Shown: piece by piece, positions 1-10,800 of the stretch
How the letters are laid out: each line of letters begins with the position of its first letter
Position numbering within the stretch: the first letter of the stretch is position 1
Assembly (NCBI GenBank): GCA_043228905.1
Contig: JBHGNT010000022.1
Coordinates: 11,470,001 to 11,534,000 of the forward strand
Direction: 5' to 3'
Length of the DNA: 64,000 nucleotides
Source: Azolla caroliniana
Taxonomy: Eukaryota > Plantae > Polypodiophyta
Notes under the pieces: model-generated
Database searches by the model: none
Seen by the model: only the letters and a program-made list of their open reading frames with translations
Told to the model about the DNA's origin: nothing
Position numbers and translations under genes: made by a program

Positions 1-62
1 CATTTCTCAACAAAATCTTTTAATGTTCATGGATAATTTTACCCTATACTTTGATACCTCGA

Positions 63-143
63 TGATGAGAGTGGGATTTGAACCCACGCCCTTTCGGACT
101 AGAACCTTAATCTAGGGCCTTAGACCAACTCGGCCACCTCATC
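63..143 (-). tRNA. tRNA-Leu(AAG), near-consensus copy (single change at about position 26)
   Basis: 81-nt cloverleaf with intact A box (TGGCCGAGTTGG), B box (GGTTCAAATCC) and AAG anticodon. Confidence 0.8.
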
Positions 144-896
144 AACCCTCAAGTTATATTGGATATTTCTCAATGAAATCTTTACATGTTCGTGAATGAT
201 TTTATACTAAACTTTGATGCCTCGACGATGAGATTGGGATTTCAACCCACGCCCTTTCGGACTAGAACCTTATTCTAGCGCCTTAGAGAAACTCGGCCAC
301 CTCATCAACCCTCAAGTCGTAATTTTGGATATTTCTCGTCGAAATCTTTGCATGTTCGTGGCTAATTTTATTAAAGGATTTTAACCTAGACATGAGCCCT
401 CGATGATGACAGATGGATTTAAACCCACGCCCTTTCAGACTAGAACCTTAATCTAGCGCCTTAGAACAACTCAGCCACCTCATCAACCCTTGTGTGAATG
501 ATAATAGGCAATTCTCAACAAAATCTTTTAATGTTCATGGATGATTTTACCCTATACTTTTATACCTCAATGATGAGAGTGGGATTAGAACCCACGCCCT
601 TTCGGACTAGAACATTAATATAGCGCCTTAGTCCAACTAGGCCACCTCATCAACCCTAAAGCCATAATTGATATTTCTCAACGAAATCTTTGCATGTTCG
701 TGGATGATTTTATGCTAAACTGTGATTCCTCGATGATGAGAGTGGGATTAGAACCCACGCCCTTTCGGACTAGAACATTAATATAGCGCCTTAGTCCAAC
801 TAGGCCACCTCATCAACCCTAAAGCCATAATTGATATTTCTCAACGAAGTCTTTGCATGTTCGTGGATGATTTTATGCTAAACTGTGATTCCTCGA

Positions 897-977
897 TGAT
901 GAGAGTGGGATTTGAACCCACGCCCTTTCGGACTAGAACCTTAATCTAGCGCCTTAGACCAACTCGGCCACCTCATC
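897..977 (-). tRNA. tRNA-Leu(AAG), perfect array-consensus copy
   Basis: Exact consensus: all four stems pair, A and B boxes intact, type II variable arm. Confidence 0.9.
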
Positions 978-1571
978 AACCCTCAAGTCAAATTTGATAT
1001 GTCTCAAAGAAATCTTTGCATGTTCGTGGATGATTTTATGCTAAACTGTGATGCCTCGATGATAAGAGTGGGATTTGAACCCACGCCCTTCGGACTACAA
1101 CCTTAATCTAGCGCTTTAGACCAACTCGGCCACCTCATCAACCCTCAAGTCATATTTTTGGATATTTCTCATCGAAATCTTTGCATGTTCGTGGATGATT
1201 TTAGCAGATGATTTTACCCTAGACTGCGAGCCCTCAATGATGATAGTGGGATTTAAACCCACGACCTTTCAGACTAGAACCTTAATCTAGCGCCTTAGAC
1301 CAACTTGACCACCTCATCAACCCTTGTGTGAATGATAATAGGCATTTCTCAAAAAAATCTTTTAATGTTCATGGATTACTTTACCCCAAACTGCGAGCCC
1401 TCAATGATGACAGTGGGATTTAAACCCACGCCCTTTCAGACTAGAACCTTAATCTAGCGCCTTAGACCAACTCGACCACCTCATCAACCCTTGTGTGAAT
1501 GATAATAGGCATTTTTCAAAAAAATCTTTTAATGTTCATGGATTACTTTACCCTAGACTTTGATGCCTCGA

Positions 1572-1652
1572 TGATGAGAGTGGGATTTGAACCCACGCCC
1601 TTCCGGACTAGAACCTTAATCTAGCGCCTTAGACCAACTCGGCCACCTCATC
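1572..1652 (-). tRNA. tRNA-Leu(AAG), one variable-loop substitution
   Basis: Consensus except ttcc for tttc in the variable loop. Confidence 0.82.
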
Positions 1653-2056
1653 AACCCTCAAGTTGTATTTTGGGATATTTCTCAATGAAGTCTTTGCATG
1701 TTCGTGGATGATTTTAGCAGAGGATTTTACCCTAGACTGTGAGCCCTCGATGATGACAGTGGTATTTAAACCCACGTCGTTTCAGACTAGAACCTTAATC
1801 TAGCGCCTTAGACCATTCAGACTAGAACCTTAATCTAGCGCTATGAGCCCTCGATGATGACAGTGGTATTTAAACGCACGTCGTTTCAGACTAGAACCTT
1901 AATCTAGCGCCTTAGACCATTCAGACTAGAACCTTAATCTAGCGTCTTAGACCAACTCTGCCATCTCATCAACCCTTGTGTGAATGATAATAGGCAATTC
2001 TCAACAAAATCTTTTAATGTTCATGGATGATTTTACCCTATGCTTTGATACCTCGA

Positions 2057-2137
2057 TGATGAGAGTGGGATTTGAACCCACGCCCTATCGGACTAGAACC
2101 TTAATCTAGCGCCTTAGACCAACTCGGCCACCTCATC
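2057..2137 (-). tRNA. tRNA-Leu(AAG), one variable-loop substitution
   Basis: Consensus except ctatcgg in the variable loop. Confidence 0.8.
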
Positions 2138-3954
2138 AAACCTCAGGTTATATTGGATATTTCTCAATGAAATCTTTGCATGTTCGTGGATGATTTTATG
2201 CTAAACTTTGATGCCTCGATGATGAGAGTGGGATTAAAACCCACGCTCTTTCGGACTAGAACCTTAATCTAGCGCCTTAGAGAAACTCGGCCACCTCATC
2301 AACCCTCAAGTCGTATTTTAAGATATTTCTCATCGAAATCTTTGCATGTTCGTGGATGATTTTATTCAAGGATTTTACCCTAGACTGCGAGCCCTCGAGG
2401 ATGACACTGGGATTTAAACACACGCCCTTTCAGACTCGAACCTTAATCTAGCGACTTAGAACAACTCGGCCACCTCATCAACCCTTCTGTGAATGATAAT
2501 AGGGAATTCTCAACAAAATCTTTTAATGTTCATGGATGATTTTATCCTATAGTTTTATACCTCGATGATGAGAGTGGGATTAGAACCCACGCCCTTTCGG
2601 ACTAGAACCTTAATATAGCGTCATAGACCAACTCGGCCACCTCATCAACCCTCAAGCCATAATTGATATTTCTCAACGAAATCTTTGCATGTTCGTGGAT
2701 GATTTTATTCTAAATTGTGATTCCTCGATGATGAGAGTGGGATTTGAACCCACGCCCTTTTAGACTAGAATCTTAATCTAGCGCCTTAGACCAACTCGGC
2801 CACCTCATCAACCCTCAAGTTAAATTTGATATGTCTCAATAAAATCTTTGCATGTTCCTGGATGATTTTATGCTAAATTGTGATGCCTCGATGATGAGAG
2901 TGGGATTTGAACCCACGCCCTTCGGACTACAACCATAATCTAGCGATTATGACCAACTCGGCTACCTCATCAACCCTCAAGTCATATTTTTGGATATTTC
3001 TCAACGAAATCTTTGCATGTTTGTGGATGATTTTAGCAGATACCCTAGACTGTGAGCCCTCGATGATGACAGTGGTATTTAAACCCACGTCGTTACAGAC
3101 TAGAACCTTAATCTAGCACCTTAGACCATTTAGACTAGAACCTTAATCTAGCGCCTTAGAACAACTCTGCCATCTCATCAACCCTTGTGTGAATGATAAT
3201 AGGCAATTCTCAACAAAATCTTTTAATGTTCATGGATGATTTTACCCTATACCTTTATATCTCAATGATGAGAGTGGGATTTCAACCCACGCCCTTTCGT
3301 ACTAGAACCTTAATCTAGCGCCTTAGATAAACTCAGCCACCTAATCAACCCTCAAGTCGTATTTTTAGATATTTCTCATCGAAATCTTTGCATGTTCGTT
3401 GATGATTTTAGCAGATGATTTTACCCTAGACTGCGAGCCCTCGATGATGACAGTGGGATTTAAACACACGCCCTTTCAGACTAGAACCTTAATCTACCGA
3501 CTAAGAACAACTCGACCACCTCATCAACCCTTGTTTGAATGATAATAGGCAATTCTCAACAAAATCTTTTAATGTTCATGGATGATTTTACCCTATACTT
3601 TTATATCTCGATGATGAGAGTGGGATTAGAACCCACGTCCTTTCGGACTAGAACCTTAATATAGCGCCTTAGACCAACAAGGCCACCTCATCAACCCTCC
3701 AGCCATAATTGATATTTCTCAACGAAATCTTTGCATGTTCGTGCATGATTTTATTAAAGGATTTTACCCTAGACTGCGAGCCCTAGATGATGACAGTGGG
3801 ATTTAAACACACGCCCTTTCAGACTAGAACCTTAATCTACCGACTAAGAACAACTCGACCACCTCATCAACCCTTGTGTGAATGATAATAGACAATTCTC
3901 AACAAAATCTTTTAATGTTCATGGATGATTTTACCCTATACTTTTATATCTCGA

Positions 3955-4035
3955 TGATGAGAGTGGGATTTGAACCCACGCCCTTTCGGACTAGAACCTT
4001 AATCTAGCGCCTTAGACCAACTCGGCCACCTCATC
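3955..4035 (-). tRNA. tRNA-Leu(AAG), perfect array-consensus copy
   Basis: Exact consensus 81-mer. Confidence 0.9.
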
Positions 4036-4463
4036 AACCCTCAAGTTAAATTTGATATGTCTCAATGAAATCTTTGCATGTTCGTGGATGATTTTATGCT
4101 AAACTGTGATGCCTCGATGATGAGAGTGGGATTTGAACCCACGCCTTTTCGGACTACAACCTTAATCTAGCGCTTTAGACCAACTCGGCCACCTCATCAA
4201 CCCTCAAGCCGTATTTTTGGATATTTCTCATCGAAATCTTTGCATGTTCGTGGATGATTTTAGCAGTTGATTTTACCCTAGACTGCGAGCCCTCAATGAT
4301 GACTGTGGGATTTAAACCCACGCCCTTTCGGACTAGCACCTTAATCTAGCGCCTTAGACCAACTCTGCCATCTCATCAACCCTTGTGTGAATGATAATAG
4401 GCATTTCTCAAAAAAATCTTTTAATGTTCATGGATGACTTTACCCTAGACTTTGATGCCTCGA

Positions 4464-4544
4464 TGATGAGAGTGGGATTTGAACCCACGCCCTTTCGGAC
4501 TAGAACCTTAATCTAGCGCCTTAGACCAACTCGGCCACCTCATC
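4464..4544 (-). tRNA. tRNA-Leu(AAG), perfect array-consensus copy
   Basis: Exact consensus 81-mer. Confidence 0.9.
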
Positions 4545-4809
4545 AACCCTCGAGTTGTATTTTTGGATATTTCTCAACGAAATCTTTGCATGTTCGTGCA
4601 TGATTTTAGCAAATGATTTTACCCTAGACTGCGAGCCTTCGATGATGATAGTGGGATTTGAACCCACGCCCTTTTGGACTAGAACCTTACTCGAGCGCCT
4701 TAGACCAACTCTGCCATCTCATTAACCCTTGTGTGAATGATAATAGTTTTTTCTCAACAAAATCTTTTAATGTTCATGGATGACTTTACCCTAGACTTTG
4801 ATGCCTCGA

Positions 4810-4890
4810 TGATGAGAGTGGGATTTGAACCCACGCCCTTTCGGACTAGAACCTTAATCTAGCGCCTTAGACCAACTCGGCCACCTCATC
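4810..4890 (-). tRNA. tRNA-Leu(AAG), perfect array-consensus copy
   Basis: Exact consensus 81-mer. Confidence 0.9.
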
Positions 4891-7800
4891 AACCCTCAAG
4901 TCGTATTTTTGGAGATTTCTGAACGAAATCTTTGCATGTTCATGGATGATTTTAGCAAATGATTTTACCCTAGACTGTGAGCCCTCGGTCATAACAGTGG
5001 GATTTAAACCCATGGCCTTTCGGACTAGAACCTTAATCTAGCGCCTTAGACCAACTCTGCCATCTCATCAACCCTTGTGTGAATGATAATAGGCAATTCT
5101 CAACAAAATCTTTTAATGTTCATGGATGATTTTACCCTATACTTTGATACCTCGATGATGATAGTGGAATTTGAACCCTCACCCTTTCGGACTAGAACCT
5201 TAATCTAGCACCTTAGACCAACTCGGCCACCTCATCAACCCTCAAGTCATATTGACTATTTCTCAATGAAATCTTTGCATGTTCGTGGAGGATTTTATGC
5301 TAAATTGTGATGCCTCGATGATGAGAGTGGGATTTGAACCCATGCCCTTTCGGACTAGAACCTTAATCTAGCGCCTTAGACCAACTCGGCCACCTCATCA
5401 ACCCTCATTGCAATGATATTAGAGATTTCTCCACAAAATATTTGCATGTTTATGGATTATTTCACCCTAGACTATGATGCCTTGATGATGAGATATGTAT
5501 TTGAACCCACGCCTTTCAAGACAAGAACCTTAAAATATCTCTTTAGACCAACTCAGCCACCTCATCAACCCCCAAGTATTTGATATTAAGCATTTCGGAA
5601 CAAAATCTTTGCATGTTCATGGATGATTTGAGCCTAGACTGTGATAACTCGATAATGAGAGTGCCCTTTCGAACTAGAACACTTATCTAACGCCTTAGCC
5701 CAACTCGGCCACCTCATCAACCTTCGAACAAATCATATTAGACATTTCTCAACAAAATCATTGCATGTTCAAAGATGATTTTTCCCAAGACTGTGATACC
5801 TCGATAATGAGAGCGTTATTTGAACCCACGCTCTTTTGGACTAGAATCTTAATCTAGAGCCTTAGACCAACTTAGCCACCTCATTGGAATGATATTAGAG
5901 GTTCTCAATGAAATCTTTGCATGTTTATGGATGATTTTACCCTATACCGTGATGCCTCGATGAGAGTAGGATTTGAACCCACACCCTTTCAAATTAGAAC
6001 CTTAATCTAGCGTTGCCTTATCAACCCTCAACTCAATGATATTGGACATTTTTCAACCCTATCAACCCTTAGGTGAATGATATTGGACATTTCTCAACCC
6101 CATCAACCCTCACGTGAATTATATTGGACATTTCTCAACCAAATGTTTGCATGTTCGTGGATGATTTAATGCTAGACTATGATGCCTCGATGATGAGAGT
6201 GGAATTTGAACCCACGCCCTTTCGTATTAGACCTTAAACTTGCACCACCTCATCAACCCTCATTGTAATCATATTGGAGATTTCTCAACGAAATCTTTGC
6301 ATGTTCGTGGATTATTTTACCCTAGATTGTGATGCCTCGATGATAAGTATGGGATTTGAACCCACGCCCTTCCAGACTAGAACCTTAATGTAGTGCCACC
6401 TTATCAACCCTCAAGTGAATGATATTAGGCATGTCTCAACAAAATCATTGCATATTCATGGATGATTTTACACTACACTGTGATGCCTCGATGATGAGAG
6501 TGGAATTTGAACCGACGCCCTTTCGGACTAGAACCTTAATCTAGCGCCACCTTTTCAACCGTCAAATGAATGATATTGGAAATTTCTCAACCCCATCAAC
6601 CCTCATGTGAATGATATTAGGCCTTTCTCAACCAAATCTTTGCATGTCCGTGCATGATTTTTCCCTAGACTGTGCTACCTCGTTGATGAGAGCGGGATTG
6701 GAACCCACTCCCTTTCAGATGAGAACCTTAATCTAGTGCCTTAGACCAACTCGGGCACCTCATCAACCCTCAGGTGAACGATATTAGGCATTTGTCAACA
6801 AAATCTTTGCATCGTCGTGGATGATTTTACCCTAGAGTGTGACACGTCGTTGATGAGTGTGGGATTTGAACCCACGCCCTTTCAGACTAAAACCTTAATC
6901 TAGCGCCTTAGACCAACTCCGCCACCTCATGAACCCTTAGTGGAACGATATTAGGCATTTGTCAACAAAATATTTCCATGGTCGTGGATGATGTTACTCT
7001 AGAGTGTGATACCTCGTTGATGAGAGCGGGATATGAACCCACGTCGTTTCGGACTAGAACCTTAATCTAGCACCTTAGACCAACTCAGCCACCTCAGAGT
7101 GAACGATATTGTGCATTTCTCAACAATCTTCAACATTTGCATGATCATGGATGCTTTTACTCTAGATTGTGATGCCTCCATGATGAGAGCTAGATTTGAA
7201 CCCCCGTCGTTTCGGACATGAACCTTACTCTAGCGCCTTAGACCAACTCGGCCAACTTATCAACCCTCATGTGAACAAGGATATTAATCATTTCTCAACA
7301 AAATCTTTGCATGTTCATGGATGATTTTACCCTAAACTTTGATGCATCGATGATGAGAGCGGGATTTGAAGCCACGCCCTTTCAAACTAGAACCTTAATC
7401 TAGCGCCTTAGACCAACTTTGCCACCTCACCAACCATCATTGGAATGATATTAGAGATTTCTCCACAAAATATTTGTAGGTCTATGGATGATTTTACCCT
7501 GGACTGTGATGCCTCGATGATGACGGAGGAATTTGAACCTACGCCTTTCCGGACAAGAACCTTAAAATAGCATCTTAGACCAACTCGGCCACCTCATCAA
7601 CCCTCAAGTGAATGATATTAGGCGTTTCTCAACAAAATCTTTGCATGATCATGGATGATTTTACCCTAGACTGTGATACCTCCATCATGACAATCTTTGC
7701 ATGATCATGGATGATTTTGCCCTAGACTGTGATACCTTCATCATGACAGTGGAATTTGAACCCACACCCTTTCAGACGAGAACCTTAATTTAGCGCCTTA

Positions 7801-10800
7801 GACCAACTTGGCCAACTCTGATCCTCTAGTCAATGAGGATATTAGACATTTCTCAACAAAATCTTTATATGTTCATAGATGATTTTACGCTAAACTATGA
7901 TGCCTGGATGATGAGAATCTTTAGATGTTTATGGATGATTTTACCCTAGACTGTGATGTTCCTTGACGATAAGAGTGGGATTTGAACCCACGGCCTTTCG
8001 GACTATAATCTGAATCTAACGCCTTAGACCAAGAACCCACGCGCTTTCGGTCTAGAACATGAATATAATGCCTTAGACCAACCCGGCCACCTCATCAATG
8101 CTCATGTGGATGATGTTAGGGATTTCTCAACAAAATCTTTACATGTTCATGGATGATTTTACCCTATCGGACTATAATCTGAATCTAACGCCTTAGACCA
8201 AGAACCCACGCGCTTTCGGTCTAGAACATGAATATAATGCCTTAGACCAACCCGGCCACCTCATCAATGCTCATGTGGATGATGTTAGGGATTTCTCAAC
8301 AAAATCTTTACATGTTCATGGATGATTTTACCCTAGACTGTGATGCCTCGATGATGAGAGTCAAATTTGAACCCACGCCCTTTCAGACTAGAACCTGAAT
8401 CTAGCGCCTTAGACCGACTCGGCCACCTCATCAACCTTTAAGTGAATTATGTTAGGCATTCCTCAACAAAGTCTTTGCATGTTCATGGATGATTTCACCC
8501 TAGACCGTGATGCCTCGATGATGAGAGTGGGATTTGAACCCACGCCCTCCGGACTAGAACCTTAAACTTCCACCACCTCATCAACCCTCATTGGAATGAG
8601 GTTGGAGATTTCTCAATGAGATCTTTGCATGTTCATGGATTATTTTACCCTAGACTGTGATGCCTCATTGATGAGAGTGGGATTTGAACCCATGCCCTTC
8701 CGGACAAGAACCTTAATGTTGCGTCATCTCATCAACCCTCAAATGAGTGATATTAGGCATTTCTAAACAAAATCATTGCATGTTCATGGATGATTTTACA
8801 GTATACGGTCTGCCTCGATGATGAGAGTGGGATTTGAACCCACAGCCTTTCGGACTAAAACCTTAATCTGGCACCACCTTATCAACCCTCAAATGAATGA
8901 TATTGGACATTTCTCAACCCATCAACCCTCACCTGAATGATATTATGCGTTTCTCAACCAAATTATATTATAAGTTTCTTAACCAAATCTTTGCATGTTC
9001 GTGGATGATTTTACCCTAGACTGTAATGCCTCCATGATGAGAGCGGGATTTGAACCCACGCCCCTTCAGACTAGAACCTTAATCTAGAGCCTTAGAACAA
9101 CTCGGCCACCTTATCAACCCTCATGTGAACGATATTAGTCGTTTCTCAACAAAATCATTGCATGATCTCGGATTATTTTACCATAGACTGTGATGCCTCG
9201 ATGATGAGAGCGGGATTTGAACCCACGCCCTTCCGAACTAGAACCTTAATCTAGCGCCATAGACCAACTCGGCCACCTCATCAACCCTCAAGTGAATGAT
9301 ATTAGGCTCAACAAAATCATTGCATGATCATGGATGGTTTTACCTTACACTGTGATGCCTACATGATGACCAAGTTGGCCACCTCATCAACCCTCATGTG
9401 TTATCATATTAGCATTTCTCAGCAAAATCTTTACTTGTTCATGGATGATTTTACCCTACACTTTAATGCCTCGATGATGAGAGTGGGATTTGAACCCACG
9501 TCCTTTCGAACTAGAACCTGAATCTAGCGGTTGGACCAACTCAACCACCTCATCAAGCCTCAAGAGAATGATATTAGGCATTTCTCAACAAAATCTTTGT
9601 TCATGGATGATTTTACCCTAAAAGTGATGTCTCAATGATGAGAGTGTGATTTGAACCCACGCCCTTTTAGACTAGAACCTTAATCTAGCGCCTTGGACTA
9701 ATTTGGTCACCTCATCAACCCTCATGTGAAAATATTAGGCGTTTCTCATCAAATCTTTACATGTTCATGGATGATTTTACCCTAAACTGTGATGGCTCGA
9801 TGATGAGAGTATGATTTGAACCAACGCCCTTTCGGACTAGAACCTTAATCTAGCACCTTGGGCCAACTCGGTCACCTTATCAACCCTCATGTGAATGATA
9901 TTAGGCATTTCACAACAAATCTTTACATGTTCATGGATGATTTTACCATAGACTTCAATGCCTCGATGATGAGAGTGGGATTTGAACGCACGCCATTCTG
10001 GAAAAGAAGCTTAAAATAACGCCTTAGACCAACTCAGACACCTCATCAACCCCCAAGTATTTGATATTAGGCATTTTTGAAAAAAATCATTACATGTTCA
10101 TGGATGATTTTGGCCTAGACTGGGATACCTCAATAATGAGAGTGCCCTTTCGGACTAGAACCTAATCTAGCCTTAGCCCAACTCGGCCACCTCATCAACC
10201 TTTGAACAAAGCATATTAGATGTTTCTCAACAAAATATTTGCATGTTCATAGATGATTTTACCCAAGACTGTGATGCCTCAATGATGAGAGAGGTATTTG
10301 AACCCATGCCCTTTCAGACTAGAACCTTAATACAGAGCCTTAGACCAACTTAGCCACTTCATTAACCCTCATTGGAATGATATTAGATGTTTTTCAACGA
10401 AATCATTGCATGTTCATGGATGATTTTACCCTAGCCCGTGATGCCTTGATGATGAGAGTGGGATTTGAACCCACGCCCTCCGGACTAGAACCTTAAACTT
10501 CCACCACCTCATCAACACTCATTGGAATGATGTTGGAGATTTCTCAATGAGATCTTTGCATGTTCATGGATTATTTTACCCTAGACCGTGATGCCTCATT
10601 GATGAGAGTGGGATTTGAACCCATGCCCTTCCGGACAAGAACCTTAATGTTGCGCCATCTCATCAACCCTCAAGTGAGTGATATAAGGCATTTCTGAACA
10701 AAATCATTGCATGTTCATGGATGATTTTAGAGTAGACGGTGTGCCTCGATGATGAGAGCGGGGATTGAACCCACAGCCTTTCGGACTAAAACCTTAATCT

